NCBI GenBank assembly: GCA_965242725.1
Contig: CBDESZ010000009.1
Coordinates: forward strand, 1-64,000
DNA: 64,000 nucleotides
Direction of reading: 5' to 3'
Source of the DNA: Alkalispirochaeta sp.
GTDB taxonomy: Bacteria; Spirochaetota; Spirochaetia; DSM-27196; Alkalispirochaetaceae
Both the position numbers and the translations under genes were made by a program. The notes under the pieces are model-generated. The model did no database searches, was not told where the DNA came from, and saw nothing but the letters and a program-made list of their open reading frames with translations. This document shows, piece by piece, positions 19,398 through 30,086 of this stretch; position 1 is the stretch's first letter, and each line of letters opens with the position of its first letter.

Positions 19398-20750
19398 CTA
19401 CTCTTCCAGTCCGTATTCCGCAATTTTACGGTGCAGCGTCTTCCGGCCGATCCCGAGTACTTCAGCGGTCCGCGTTTTATTGCCGTTCTGCAACGCAAGG
19501 GTGCTGCGGATGATCTCCCGTTCCGCCTCGTCGAGGCGGCTGCCAAGGGCGATTTGTATCGTGTCGTCACCGTCCCCTTCCCGATTGATCGTCGGAGGGA
19601 GGTCATCAAGGGTGATGATCGGTCCCTTCGCCATGACGACGGCACTTTCAATGCTGTTTCGTAATTCCCGGATATTTCCCGGCCAGTCGTAATTGTTCAG
19701 AGCCGCCCGTGCCCGTGGTTCAATCCCCTCCACCTGCTTGCCGTTCTCATTTGCAAACTCCTTGATAAATGCGGCACACAGGAGCGGGATATCTTCTTTT
19801 CGTTCCCGCAGAGCGGGCACATGGATATTCACCACGTTCAGACGATAGTAGAGATCTTCCCTGAACGTCCCTTTGTCTATTTCCGAGCGCAGGTCACGAT
19901 TGGTGGCGGCGATGATGCGTACATCCACCTTCACCGTCTCTTCGCCACCGACACGTTCAAATTGCTTTTCCTGCAGGACTCTCAGAATTTTTATCTGGAC
20001 ACTCTGGTTTATCTCTCCGATTTCATCCAGAAAAATCGAACCGGTATTGGCCAGTTCAAAACGCCCGCGTTTGCGGCCGATTGCACCGGTGAATGCGCCT
20101 TTTTCATGACCGAACAATTCGCTCTCCAGAAGGGACTCCGTCAATGCCGCGCAATGCACTTTTATGAACGGATTGTCTCCCCTGTCGGAAAGACGGTGGA
20201 TCGCGTCCGCAATGAGTTCCTTCCCGACGCCGCTTTCTCCCGTTATGAGCACCGACGCCTTTGTCGGAGCAACCTGGCGCACCACATCCATGACGTGTTG
20301 AAGGGCGGAGCTTGTTCCCACGATTGAAAAGCGACCGCGCTGGTTTTCAAGTTCATGTTGCAGGCGACGATGCTGGAGCACCAGCTCCCGATTGGACAAC
20401 GCCCGCTTCGCAAGGAGGGAGAGGCGGTCAAGGGAGACGGGCTTTGTGAGAAAGTCGTAGGCTCCGTCCCGCATCGCCTGTACGGCCGTTTCAATCGTTC
20501 CGTGCCCGGTCAGGATGATTACCGGCACGGTGGGATAGTGGTCGACCACGTGACGCAGGAGCTCCTCACCGGAAACCCGCGGCATTTTGAGATCGGCGAT
20601 GACCAGATCTACCTCTTCATTCTGAATGACATCGAGCGCTTCCTGTCCGTCCGCCGCCAGGAACGTGTTGTACCCGTCCAGCTCGAGGGCGCGGCCCAGA
20701 CCGGCACGAATGTTTTTCTCGTCATCGACAATCAGTACATTAAACGTCAC
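19398..20750 (-). CDS. sigma-54-dependent response regulator (NtrC/AtoC family, Rrp2-like)
   Basis: Receiver (VDDE, DLKMP, KP), GESGVGKE, ESELFGHEKGAFTGA, FLDEIGE, WPGNIREL, C-terminal Fis HTH. Confidence 0.95.
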   Translation of the reverse strand: MTFNVLIVDDEKNIRAGLGRALELDGYNTFLAADGQEALDVIQNEEVDLVIADLKMPRVSGEELLRHVVDHYPTVPVIILTGHGTIETAVQAMRDGAYDFLTKPVSLDRLSLLAKRALSNRELVLQHRRLQHELENQRGRFSIVGTSSALQHVMDVVRQVAPTKASVLITGESGVGKELIADAIHRLSDRGDNPFIKVHCAALTESLLESELFGHEKGAFTGAIGRKRGRFELANTGSIFLDEIGEINQSVQIKILRVLQEKQFERVGGEETVKVDVRIIAATNRDLRSEIDKGTFREDLYYRLNVVNIHVPALRERKEDIPLLCAAFIKEFANENGKQVEGIEPRARAALNNYDWPGNIRELRNSIESAVVMAKGPIITLDDLPPTINREGDGDDTIQIALGSRLDEAEREIIRSTLALQNGNKTRTAEVLGIGRKTLHRKIAEYGLEE

Positions 20751-21937
20751 CGCCGGTACCCTTCCTTCTCATCATGACCTTCCCACGTAATGAGAGGGGT
20801 TTCCTTTTGCGGAATGGGGAGTGAGATTGTAAATGTCGTTCCATGACCTTCCTTGGATGTCACCGAAATATCGCCCATATGTTCCTTAATGACTTTGTAT
20901 ACAAGGGTGAGTCCGATCCCGCTTCCAAAATCCTTGGTCGTAAAATAGGGCTCAAAAATCTTGTCACGAACATCGTCACTCATGCCGATTCCGTTGTCGC
21001 TGATGAACAACATCGCCTGATCGCCCCGCTGCTCAGTATTGACCCGTAACATGCCGCCCTTCGGCATCGCTGAAATGGCATTCTTAATGATATTCAGAAG
21101 AGCCTGTTTGAAGTACTTCGGATCCAGCTGAAGTCGCGGCAGCTCTTCATCCAGTTCTTTCACAAGTTCGATATTGCCCTGGGCGAGCTCATATCGTACG
21201 AATGAAAGCATGTCGCTCACCAGACCATTGAGGTCATGCTCCTGAAGATCGGTATCCATTGGACGAACGGCAAAGAGAAAGTCCACAACGATCTTATTGA
21301 GGCGCTCAATCTCTTCTTCAATCACTCCGAGATAATTTATCACGGTCTCCCGATTCTCCACCTCCGCCCGGGCTATCATTTTGCGCAGGAGCTGGGCGTG
21401 AATGCCGATGGATCCGAGGGGATTTTTGATCTCGTGGGCGACACCCGCCGCCAGAGTCGTCAGACTGGCGAGACTCTCGGCCCTGCGCAATCGCGCCTCT
21501 CTTCCCCGTTTCTCCGAGATATCGACAAGTTGCAGGATATTGCCTCGTATATGTCCCGCCTGGACCAGGGGGATGATACTGCAGCTCAGAATCCTGGTTT
21601 TTCCGCTTTGGTCGAGAGTGAACTCCCTGTCGGACACGGATTCGTCATTTTCAAGCGTATGCTGGACGAATGCGGAAATATCCGCATCGCCGATCACGTG
21701 CCAGACGGACCGATCACCGATGATCTTGCCCGGAATAAACGGAATCAGGCGTTCCGCCGCCTTGTTAACGAGCATGAGACGGTGAGTCTCATCGGTGACA
21801 CATACTCCGTCGTTCATGGAATCGAGAACCACCGCCAGCCGCTCGTTCTCTTCTCCAAGGTCGTGAAAGAGGTGTTCAATCTGTTCCGTATCCAGCTTCG
21901 GGAGCTTTTCCAAAGCCCTCCGGACAAAACCTCTCAT
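20747..21937 (-). CDS. cytoplasmic PAS sensor histidine kinase (Hk2-like)
   Basis: PAS (LDSMNDGV...VNKAAERL), H-box AHEIKNPL, N-box, DNGIGM, FEPYFTTK, GSGIGL; no TM segments. Confidence 0.93.
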   Translation of the reverse strand: MRGFVRRALEKLPKLDTEQIEHLFHDLGEENERLAVVLDSMNDGVCVTDETHRLMLVNKAAERLIPFIPGKIIGDRSVWHVIGDADISAFVQHTLENDESVSDREFTLDQSGKTRILSCSIIPLVQAGHIRGNILQLVDISEKRGREARLRRAESLASLTTLAAGVAHEIKNPLGSIGIHAQLLRKMIARAEVENRETVINYLGVIEEEIERLNKIVVDFLFAVRPMDTDLQEHDLNGLVSDMLSFVRYELAQGNIELVKELDEELPRLQLDPKYFKQALLNIIKNAISAMPKGGMLRVNTEQRGDQAMLFISDNGIGMSDDVRDKIFEPYFTTKDFGSGIGLTLVYKVIKEHMGDISVTSKEGHGTTFTISLPIPQKETPLITWEGHDEKEGYRR

Positions 21938-23133
21938 GATTCAACCTTCTCCACTGTCTTTTTCAATGCAAGGATAAGCGCGGGTAATACCGACTGGGGG
22001 CTCATGTTTCTTGTATCGATTCTGCTCCAGTAGCGACGAACGAGGGCACTCCAGTTGAAAAGCACCCGTCGGGTCACCACACCTCCTGCGTTTTCCCGCA
22101 GACGAAGACGAATTTCCTCTTCAAGTGAATCGAGAAAGTACTCCGCTCCGTGCCGCGGCGACGTTGCAGCGATGCGATCTTTCAATCGTCGTTCAATACT
22201 ATGGGTCGGTCTTCCCTCTTCAATATGATCGACAAGCTCCCGGCTTATCGTCGGCCAGCTGTCCCCATCAACACCCGTCTGGTCGCGGAAAAACTCGCGT
22301 AGTCGCTCCGCCGGTGTCTCCAGACGAAAGATGCGGCGTTGCACCGCCTGTTGATCTTCCTCCCGCCGTTCCGGTAATTCATATGCCCGCAGTCGGGACC
22401 GAATCGTCGGGATGAGGGCCGTCTTCCGGGACGAAGTAAGAATGAATGTGGTATTGACCGGCGGCTCCTCAAGGATCTTGAGCATGCCGTTGCGGGCGCC
22501 TTCCTGAAGGGTGTGGGCCTCTTCTATGATGACAACCTGCCGTCCCCCCGACGACATCAGGTGTGACCACCCCGACACGGCGCGTATGACGTCGACGGGG
22601 ACGGAATCGTGGGGGAGGAGCTGCTCCAGCCGGATCGATTCTTTTTCTATCTTCCCGAGTATCGACGGGAGAGAGGATGCGTCCTCTTCGGCGGCGGCGT
22701 CAAAATCGGCAAGCGTCGACTCCAGATTCTCGGCGACGGGCAAGGCACTCTTGATCCTGTTTTCTGGCCATACAAGCGGTTCAAAGCGGCGTATGAGCTT
22801 TCGCACACTCCGAACGACGAGGAATCGGGTACCCGAGCGGTTTTCCCTGCGGAAGGCAGCGAGGGCGGCCGCAATTTCCTGGGAAAAATAGCGGGGTCCA
22901 AGCATGAGTGTGTTTGGATGCTGCAGCGCCCGATGCATTGAACATGATCGGCACGTGCAGTTCCACAGACCTTTTTCGGTGCATGTGATCACCCGGGCCG
23001 TTTCCAGCGCTACCGAAGACTTGCCGCCGTAACGGGGACCCGAAATAAGGATGGAACCGGGAAGTGTACCGGTTGTTATGTCCCGCCGGAGGTCGTCGCA
23101 CACCCGGGATAAGCCGATGATATTCTCAAACAT
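21934..23133 (-). CDS. DNA polymerase III delta-prime-like clamp-loader subunit (HolB-like)
   Basis: Degenerate Walker A GPRYGGKS, Zn finger C-x7-CxCxxC, NGMLKILEEPP, LIPTIRSR. Confidence 0.75.
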   Translation of the reverse strand: MFENIIGLSRVCDDLRRDITTGTLPGSILISGPRYGGKSSVALETARVITCTEKGLWNCTCRSCSMHRALQHPNTLMLGPRYFSQEIAAALAAFRRENRSGTRFLVVRSVRKLIRRFEPLVWPENRIKSALPVAENLESTLADFDAAAEEDASSLPSILGKIEKESIRLEQLLPHDSVPVDVIRAVSGWSHLMSSGGRQVVIIEEAHTLQEGARNGMLKILEEPPVNTTFILTSSRKTALIPTIRSRLRAYELPERREEDQQAVQRRIFRLETPAERLREFFRDQTGVDGDSWPTISRELVDHIEEGRPTHSIERRLKDRIAATSPRHGAEYFLDSLEEEIRLRLRENAGGVVTRRVLFNWSALVRRYWSRIDTRNMSPQSVLPALILALKKTVEKVES

Positions 23134-23618
23134 TATGTACCGATCGAAATAATCTGCTGTGCATAGGGCAACAGCGGCTGCAGCACTGCGGCAAAGACAC
23201 TTTCAGCCAATAAGGTCTGGGCGTCAAAGAGTGGTTGAAGCTGCAGCAGTAGTACCGCAACAAACACGACAAGAATCCCTTCACAGATGCCGAGAAAAAA
23301 ACCGAGAGCCCTGTCGAGGCTTTCCAGATGAATCTTTTCCACAAGACGGTCGAGAGCCGTCTCAAAAAGTTTCACGACGATGTATGTGATGAGAAAGAGG
23401 CCGAGGAATGCGACAACCTGCGCCCAGGGCCCGTCACCGATGTAAGGCCGAATATACCCGGAGGTGACACCGGAGAAAAATACCGCCACCGCAATACCGA
23501 GAATCAGGGCGGCCATGGACATGAATTCTTTTACAAATCCCTTTATCCCCACCCGAACGGTGAAAAAAACGATAATAACGATAAATACGATATCCAACCC
23601 CGATAAGCTCATGTCCAT
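23133..23618 (-). CDS. cvpA: CvpA (colicin V production) family membrane protein
   Basis: LDIVFIVII...GIKGFVKE...LDRALGFFLGICEG. Confidence 0.88.
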   Translation of the reverse strand: MDMSLSGLDIVFIVIIVFFTVRVGIKGFVKEFMSMAALILGIAVAVFFSGVTSGYIRPYIGDGPWAQVVAFLGLFLITYIVVKLFETALDRLVEKIHLESLDRALGFFLGICEGILVVFVAVLLLQLQPLFDAQTLLAESVFAAVLQPLLPYAQQIISIGT

Positions 23619-23626
23619 ACATCAGT

Positions 23627-23655
23627 ATTGTAAACAGAAAAGGAGCATCAAACAA
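23627..23655 (-). promoter_or_regulatory. putative sigma-70 promoter for the cvpA-holB-HK-RR operon (near-leaderless)
   Basis: TTGTTT-N17-TACAAT, 8 nt before ATG. Confidence 0.5.
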
Positions 23656-23667
23656 TGACCGTCCGGT

Positions 23668-24762
23668 TCAGGGGCTGATCATCCCGGCGATCGTTGCAGC
23701 GGCGTTTCCATGGCTCCAGCGCCGCGCCGCGGCAGCCATGGCGCTCCTTCGCGCTCCGTCGTGTATCAGATTGAGGAGTACCGCAAGGAGATCCGCACCT
23801 GTCGAACGGGGATCATCTATCACCTCGGCACACCCCGATTCCCGGTACCGCTCCGCGTTCCTGAGCTGATCCCCCCGGGAGGTTCCCGTGGAGAGGGGAA
23901 TAAGGACCGCGGGAACAGCGACGGCGGAGAGCTCCCAGATCGTTCCCGCGCCGGCCCGGGCAACGACAATATCCGCCCGTCGCAGAAGCGCGGGGAACTC
24001 GTCGTGAAAGGTGGCTGCGCCGTAGTAGCGGCCGGCAGGCGCGAGTCCGCGGATTGTTGTAATGCGCCCCTCTTCCTTATCACCCGTCTGGTGAACGACG
24101 ACGGCGTGGCGGCACAGCTCACCGATGATTGACTCGATCCAGTCGTTCACCTGCCGCGCCCCCAGGGATCCGCCGGTTACCAGAATCACCGGGTCCGCAC
24201 TCTCCTCAAGTCCCAGACGCTGAAGGACTCCTTCAGTCTCGGCGGAATAAAAGGCGGCTCGCACGGGATTTCCCGTTACCACAACCCGTTGTCGTATGGA
24301 TTCAGAGAAGAAGGTAGCAGTTTCGCGATACGGCACACAGACGGTACGGGCAAATGGGGCGGTCAGTCGCGTTGCAAGCCCCGGATCAGCATCGGATTCA
24401 TGGATCACCACCGGTATTTTAAGCAGCCGCGCCGCAAATACGACGGGGACGGCGACAAAACCGCCTTTTGAGAAGACGATCTCCCCCTCAAGCTGCCGGA
24501 GAAGGACAACGGCCTGGACAATACCAATGACGACACGGAATGCGTCGATGACATTTTCCAGATCGAAGTAACGACGGAGCTTTCCGGTCTGTACGCTCCG
24601 ATAGGGAATGCCGTGGGAGCGTATGATACGCTCTTCCATCCCTGATCTGGACCCGACCCACATGACCTTGCGGCGGAGTTCAGGACTGAGTGCATCGTAT
24701 ACTGCCAGGCCGGGATAGACGTGCCCTCCCGTACCGCCGCCGGTAAAAATTATCGTGCCCAT
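23668..24762 (-). CDS. murG: undecaprenyldiphospho-muramoylpentapeptide GlcNAc transferase
   Basis: TGGGTGGHVYPGLA, KGGFVAVP, TGNPVR, TGGSLGA, RAGAGT, DQLRNA. Confidence 0.96.
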   Translation of the reverse strand: MGTIIFTGGGTGGHVYPGLAVYDALSPELRRKVMWVGSRSGMEERIIRSHGIPYRSVQTGKLRRYFDLENVIDAFRVVIGIVQAVVLLRQLEGEIVFSKGGFVAVPVVFAARLLKIPVVIHESDADPGLATRLTAPFARTVCVPYRETATFFSESIRQRVVVTGNPVRAAFYSAETEGVLQRLGLEESADPVILVTGGSLGARQVNDWIESIIGELCRHAVVVHQTGDKEEGRITTIRGLAPAGRYYGAATFHDEFPALLRRADIVVARAGAGTIWELSAVAVPAVLIPLSTGTSRGDQLRNAERYRESGCAEVIDDPRSTGADLLAVLLNLIHDGARRSAMAAAARRWSHGNAAATIAGMISP

Positions 24763-24800
24763 ATTGTTAGAATGTCCTCACCGTTGTACGTTACCGTACC

Positions 24801-25571
24801 ATGTACAGATATCGACCCGCAATTGCGCTCCTTCTGGGACTCGTTTCTTTTGTCCCGATTCTATCCGCCCAGCGTGCAGCGGATGACCGCCTTCCCGGCG
24901 GCATGTCCAACTTTTATACAGACTCAGTGGATACATCTCTCGCTCCCCCTTCATCACTTGTTTCTTCAATTGAGTCAGGCCTGGAGGCGCTGGATCCCAG
25001 GGTCGGGATAGAGATCATCGTTCCCATACCCGTTGGGGACGCGGCGTTTTCTGACGGTGGAACATTGCGCATATACAATATTCTCCGGAGTATCAGCACC
25101 ATGGAAGGTCTGGAGTACTACTCGGCGAGCCGGGAACGGATGCGTATTTTTTACGAAGAGAGCTACGTCGTTGATGGGCCGGAACGGCGCAATCGCATAT
25201 CCGATCCGTTCGTTACCGAAGTCCCCCGGGAAGACCGGATTTATGCGTTTCAAAAGGACAGTTCCTTTGGAGAGAACGTTCAGAAAATTGATTATCTGCG
25301 GTCCGACGGGGAGATCCTCCTCTCCATGGAAAACACGACCACCATGGTCTACAAGTTTGTTCCCCTTGTCACTCCGGGCAATCTCAAGACCTTTATCCTG
25401 ATTCGACCGGATTCCGATGAGGGAGTCATCGAGTTTTACGGGAATCTCGGTATTCGGGTACCGGCGCTCTTCGGTCTGCAGGAGCGTGCCCGGGACAGTT
25501 TCTACAACCGCGTCGTCGCGCTGTATGGGTGGTTTGTCCGGGAACTTACCGCGGAAGGACTCACACCGTAG
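24801..25571 (+). CDS. hypothetical exported protein
   Basis: 256 aa, signal-peptide-like N-terminus; no recognised catalytic motif. Confidence 0.7.
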   Translation: MYRYRPAIALLLGLVSFVPILSAQRAADDRLPGGMSNFYTDSVDTSLAPPSSLVSSIESGLEALDPRVGIEIIVPIPVGDAAFSDGGTLRIYNILRSISTMEGLEYYSASRERMRIFYEESYVVDGPERRNRISDPFVTEVPREDRIYAFQKDSSFGENVQKIDYLRSDGEILLSMENTTTMVYKFVPLVTPGNLKTFILIRPDSDEGVIEFYGNLGIRVPALFGLQERARDSFYNRVVALYGWFVRELTAEGLTP

Positions 25572-25590
25572 CCTAACATGAACCTAACAC
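25572..25590 (+). promoter_or_regulatory. Pho-box-like 11-bp-spaced direct repeat
   Basis: CCTAACAT-gaa-CCTAACAC upstream of a PhoB-like gene. Confidence 0.55.
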
Positions 25591-25647
25591 TACCTTCATA
25601 GTCTATGACCGTCTCACGTCGATGCTGTTCATGAGGTACAACGGGTT

Positions 25648-26337
25648 ATGACGCAGGAAACGATTCTGATCGTCGATGATGAACCGGATATTCAGGAATT
25701 GATTCGATACAATCTCAAGAAAGAAGGATTTCACGTCCTGACGGCGGGAAGTGCCACCGAAGCGTTTGCCGCGGTGAACCGACGTCATCCCGATGCGATT
25801 ATTCTCGATCTCATGCTTCCCGATATGAGCGGAACAATTGTGTGCCGACGTCTCAAGGCCGACGATCGCACGAGGCATATTCCCGTTATCATGCTGACCG
25901 CAAAATCGGAGGAGATGGATGTCGTCGCGGGACTTGAGACGGGAGCCGACGATTACGTCACAAAACCCTTCAGCCCCAGGATCCTCGTTGCACGCCTGCG
26001 GGCGGCTTTGAGAAAAGGTGGTGAATCCGCACCGGCACCCGGACCGGAGTACTTGTCGGCCCACGGAATCCGTTTGGATGTCGGCCGGCACGAAGTTTTC
26101 GTGAATGAGCGCAAGATCGCCCTCTCGTCAACCGAGTTTGCCCTTCTTGAGTTCTTTCTGGAGAATCCGGGGATGGTCTTTTCCCGAACCAGGATTATCG
26201 ACGCCGTTCGTGGAAAGGACTATCCCGTCACGGAACGTGCGGTGGATGTTCAAATCCTGGGACTGCGAAAAAAACTCGGCAATCACGGGGTCTTCATAGA
26301 AACTGTTCGTGGTGTCGGATATCGCATGAAAGGGTAG
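25648..26337 (+). CDS. OmpR/PhoB family response regulator (PhoB-like, orphan)
   Basis: IVDDE, LDLMLPD, IMLTAK, GADDYVTKPFS, ERAVDVQILGLRKKL, ETVRGVGY. Confidence 0.92.
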   Translation: MTQETILIVDDEPDIQELIRYNLKKEGFHVLTAGSATEAFAAVNRRHPDAIILDLMLPDMSGTIVCRRLKADDRTRHIPVIMLTAKSEEMDVVAGLETGADDYVTKPFSPRILVARLRAALRKGGESAPAPGPEYLSAHGIRLDVGRHEVFVNERKIALSSTEFALLEFFLENPGMVFSRTRIIDAVRGKDYPVTERAVDVQILGLRKKLGNHGVFIETVRGVGYRMKG

Positions 26338-26353
26338 CACCTCTCCCGTCGCG

Positions 26354-27694
26354 TCACAGCCCGACGGCACGCAGGACGAGCTGAACCGTTCCGATCGCCG
26401 CACCGAGCAATGCACCGAAGAGGTTTATCCAGCGGAGATGGCGGCGGATAATCCCCAGAAGCAGCCCTTCAACCTGCCGGATTTCGAGATCATTTATTCG
26501 ATCGACGACGACCTGGTAGATATTCAGATGGGCGACAAATTTCGGTGCGATATTCGCAAGGAGAGGTGAAAGGCGGGATGTGACGATGCGTGACAGGTAT
26601 CCTTTTCGCGCGTCCACAAAGGGGAGAATGTGTTTCAAAGGGACCGACGCATGCTCGTCAAGGAAACGCGAGAGCGTCCGCTTCATCGTCACAAAGAGGT
26701 GGTGGATCGAGTCATCACCGCCAAGCAATTCGATACCTCTCGTAACGATCCGATCGACCCGGTCACGATCGGAAAGTATTTCCGCGATTGACCGTTCCAC
26801 CATGGACCGACCGGCGGGAGAAATGAGTTCCGAAAAGGGTTGAGAACGGCGGGCAGCTACCCATTCCTGCACCCTGCGTGCGACGGTTTCACCCGTTTCG
26901 GGACGATGCAGAAATGCACCCAGTTCCGCGGTAATACGGGAAGTGATGGTGGGGACCCTCGCAAGAAGCTGGCGATCGTACTGACCCGCCGTTACCACCA
27001 GCCGCTGAAAGCTGTTCAACTGATCAAGGGTGTAGGAGAGAACGCGGCGGAGAATTCCCTGAAACTGCCGCTGCGTCTCCGGATCGTGCAACGCCCGTTC
27101 CGCAGTTTCCCGCACATGAGGCCACAACTCGGAGACGAGCCGTTCAATATGATCGTCCGACAGCGCCCGAAGCACCGGCGCCCCCGCAAGGGCTTTGTCC
27201 ACGCCGACTGAAATCGAATCCGCATGGGAGACGACGTAGTCGACGGCATTTGCCTGTATAGCCCGCCGCACGTCGACGGTATTCTGCAGTGTCGTCAGAA
27301 CCAGCGTCTCCGCAACATTCACCAGAGAGACGGGATCGATGACCGCCCGCGCGTCTCTGACGGGAGTGTCGCCCACGCTTTCAAGGAGGCGATGGATTCC
27401 CCGCCGCAACGTCAGCCGAAACGACTCGTTCCTGAAGCGCTCCGTGAATACATCGGTCGTCAGGAGGTCCCGGGATACCATTCGACCGATACTTTCGGCG
27501 AGCTCCTCCCGCCGGCGGGGGATTACACCCGGTGTGAAGGGAACGGGAATAGGGCCGATACGGATGCGGGAGAGCGGTCGAAAGAGCATCCGTATCGCCA
27601 GTGCGTTGGTGACGTATCCGATGAGGGCGCCGAGGAGTGGCGGAAGCACCCACGGTATCAGTTGTACAAACATATCGATATCAATCATCTGCAA
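26354..27694 (-). CDS. DUF445 family membrane protein (start uncertain)
   Basis: GALIGYVTNALAIRMLFRP...GVIPRRREELA...WINLFGALLGAAIG. Confidence 0.85.
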   Translation of the reverse strand: MQMIDIDMFVQLIPWVLPPLLGALIGYVTNALAIRMLFRPLSRIRIGPIPVPFTPGVIPRRREELAESIGRMVSRDLLTTDVFTERFRNESFRLTLRRGIHRLLESVGDTPVRDARAVIDPVSLVNVAETLVLTTLQNTVDVRRAIQANAVDYVVSHADSISVGVDKALAGAPVLRALSDDHIERLVSELWPHVRETAERALHDPETQRQFQGILRRVLSYTLDQLNSFQRLVVTAGQYDRQLLARVPTITSRITAELGAFLHRPETGETVARRVQEWVAARRSQPFSELISPAGRSMVERSIAEILSDRDRVDRIVTRGIELLGGDDSIHHLFVTMKRTLSRFLDEHASVPLKHILPFVDARKGYLSRIVTSRLSPLLANIAPKFVAHLNIYQVVVDRINDLEIRQVEGLLLGIIRRHLRWINLFGALLGAAIGTVQLVLRAVGL

Positions 27695-28082
27695 GATTCA
27701 TCATTCCCAGTGCATTGAGCGCCATCTCCCGGGAGGGGAAAAGGCGTATCTTCGCCCCTTCGATCCAGCCCTCGGCAGGAATAAGGCGCACTTCAATCCA
27801 ATCACCATCGGACATACTGCCCACGACGGACAGGATGTCACCCTTGCGCACCACACCGGTAATATCGGCGCTTCTCTGAGGTGTAACATACATGCGCGCA
27901 TAGTGGTCAACCACGAGGGCGTACCGATCCTGTACCCCAAGGACGGGAGTCTCCGGAAGGGTCATGCCCTCTTCGTCACGGGAACATGCGGTAAAAACGG
28001 CGACGCAGAAGATGACGAGAACCACCTTTGTCGCGCGCCGGAGCGGGGGGAACTGTCGAGCCGTCCATTTCGGGAACATCAC
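27681..28082 (-). CDS. putative lipoprotein with SH3b-like domain
   Basis: Hydrophobic leader with FTAC lipobox; VRKGDILSV...DWIEV...EGWI. Confidence 0.7.
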   Translation of the reverse strand: MMFPKWTARQFPPLRRATKVVLVIFCVAVFTACSRDEEGMTLPETPVLGVQDRYALVVDHYARMYVTPQRSADITGVVRKGDILSVVGSMSDGDWIEVRLIPAEGWIEGAKIRLFPSREMALNALGMMNLADD

Positions 28083-30061
28083 ATCCCCTTGAGCTTTTCG
28101 ATTTCGTCGCGAAGCACCGCCGCCTGTTCAAATTCCAGGTTCTTGGCGTGCTCCAGCATTTCCTTTTCCAGAAGCTTGACAAGCTTCGCCCGCTGGGTGG
28201 GGACAAGTACATTGAAACTCTTTTTCATGATTTCAAGCTGTTTCTCTTCATCCGCCCGCTTATCGTCTTTTTCCCTCTTTATGATGTCGTAGACGGATTT
28301 CCGTATCGATTGGGGTGTGATCCCGTGCTGTTCGTTGTATTCACTTTGTATACGCCGACGGCGCTCGGTCTCCTCAATGGCGGTCTTCATCGCCGGGGAG
28401 TGCTTGTCGGCATACATGATGACCGTGCCGTTGACGTTGCGGGCGGCCCGTCCGATCGTCTGAATGAGGGACGTCGCGGATCGAAGGAAGCCGATCTTGT
28501 CCGCATCAAGGATCGCGACCAGGCTGACCTCGGGAAGATCCAACCCTTCCCGCAACAGATTGATCCCCACAAGGACGTCAAAGTTACCCGCCCGCAGATC
28601 GGTAAGAATTTCGACACGTTCTATCGTCTCGATCTCCGAGTGGAGATAGCGAACCTTTACCCCGAGATTGGCGAAGTACTCCGTCAGATCTTCCGCCATC
28701 TTTTTTGTAAGCGTCGTCACGAGAACCCGCTCGCCCGCTTCCACGCGCTTCACGATCTCCCCGTGGAGGTCTTCGATTTGCCCCTCCGTAGGTCGAACGT
28801 CGAGTCGGGGATCGAGAAGTCCCGTCGGTCTGATGATCTGCTCCACAACCCGCACCGAACGGCGCTGCTCTTCTTCCGTCGGTGTAGCGCTTACAAAGAC
28901 GCACCGGTCGATGAGCGATTCAAACTCTTCAAAGACGAGGGGGCGGTTGTCCAGGGCGGAGGGAAGACGAAAACCGTAATTCACCAGGGATTCCTTCCGC
29001 GAGCGGTCCCCTGCGTACATACCCCTTACCTGAGGAACCGTCACATGGGACTCATCGATGAGGGTGAGGTACCGGGAGGGGAAATAGTCTATCAGGGTGG
29101 CCGGGCGCTCTCCCGCCGATCGCCCGCTGAGATGCCGGGAATAATTCTCGATACCCGGGCAGTACCCCATCTCTTCCATCATTTCCAGGTCGTATTCGGT
29201 GCGGCTCTTCAGCCGCTGAGCCTCAACAAGCTTGTTTTCGCTGACAAGATCGGCGTACCTGGCTTCAAGTTCCTCCCTGATCGCCCCGAGGGCGCCGCGC
29301 ATCTGGTCTTCAGGCATGACGAAATGCTTGGCAGGATAGACGAAGAGCGTTTCCATCTCCTCCAGGGTATTTCCCGTGAGCGGATCGATCCTCTTTATCG
29401 ATTCCACTTCGTCCCAGTCCAGGGATATGCGATACGCCTCTTCCATGTAGGCGGGATATATTTCAAGAATGTCTCCCCGGTGACGGAAGGATCCGCGGTC
29501 GAGTATCGCGTCATTACGGTCATACTGCAGTTCTATGAGCTTCCGTCGTAACAGGGAAATATCGAGTTCCCGTCCCCTGTCTATACGAATCCGCATATCC
29601 CGATAGTCCCTCGGACTTCCGAGCCCGTATATACAACTCACCGTGGCGACGACGATAACGTCGGGCCGTTCCAGCAGGTTCGTCGTTGCGGCGAGGCGCA
29701 GGCGATCGATTTCATCATTTATCGAGGCGTCTTTCTCTATGTAGAGGTCCCGTGACGCGACGTACGCTTCCGGTTGATAGTAGTCGTAATACGATACAAA
29801 GTACTCGACGGCGTTATCGGGGAAATACTCCTTGAACTCCCGATAGAGCTGGGCCGCAAGGGTCTTGTTGTGGCTCACGACGAGCGTCGGCAGCTGCACC
29901 TCTTCAATAACCTTCGCCATGGTGAAGGTCTTCCCCGATCCGGTCACTCCTTTGAGCGTCTGAAACCGGTCGCCTTCCCTGATTCCGTTGCTGAGTGCCT
30001 TTATCGCCTCTCCCTGGTCACCCGACGGCGTATATGTCGAAGCGACGCGAAATCGTGACAT
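28079..30061 (-). CDS. uvrB: excinuclease ABC subunit UvrB
   Basis: [55 protein letters not shown]-terminal UVR. Confidence 0.98.
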   Translation of the reverse strand: MSRFRVASTYTPSGDQGEAIKALSNGIREGDRFQTLKGVTGSGKTFTMAKVIEEVQLPTLVVSHNKTLAAQLYREFKEYFPDNAVEYFVSYYDYYQPEAYVASRDLYIEKDASINDEIDRLRLAATTNLLERPDVIVVATVSCIYGLGSPRDYRDMRIRIDRGRELDISLLRRKLIELQYDRNDAILDRGSFRHRGDILEIYPAYMEEAYRISLDWDEVESIKRIDPLTGNTLEEMETLFVYPAKHFVMPEDQMRGALGAIREELEARYADLVSENKLVEAQRLKSRTEYDLEMMEEMGYCPGIENYSRHLSGRSAGERPATLIDYFPSRYLTLIDESHVTVPQVRGMYAGDRSRKESLVNYGFRLPSALDNRPLVFEEFESLIDRCVFVSATPTEEEQRRSVRVVEQIIRPTGLLDPRLDVRPTEGQIEDLHGEIVKRVEAGERVLVTTLTKKMAEDLTEYFANLGVKVRYLHSEIETIERVEILTDLRAGNFDVLVGINLLREGLDLPEVSLVAILDADKIGFLRSATSLIQTIGRAARNVNGTVIMYADKHSPAMKTAIEETERRRRIQSEYNEQHGITPQSIRKSVYDIIKREKDDKRADEEKQLEIMKKSFNVLVPTQRAKLVKLLEKEMLEHAKNLEFEQAAVLRDEIEKLKGM

Positions 30062-30086
30062 TCCTTCTCCCCTTCCTGCGGCGCCG

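Noticed and set aside
28028..29551. 507-aa antisense ORF over uvrB (and similar ones over alaS, the fliG-like gene, the dinG-like gene and ppdK)
   Set aside because: Antisense shadow ORFs typical of GC-rich coding DNA; no recognisable motifs
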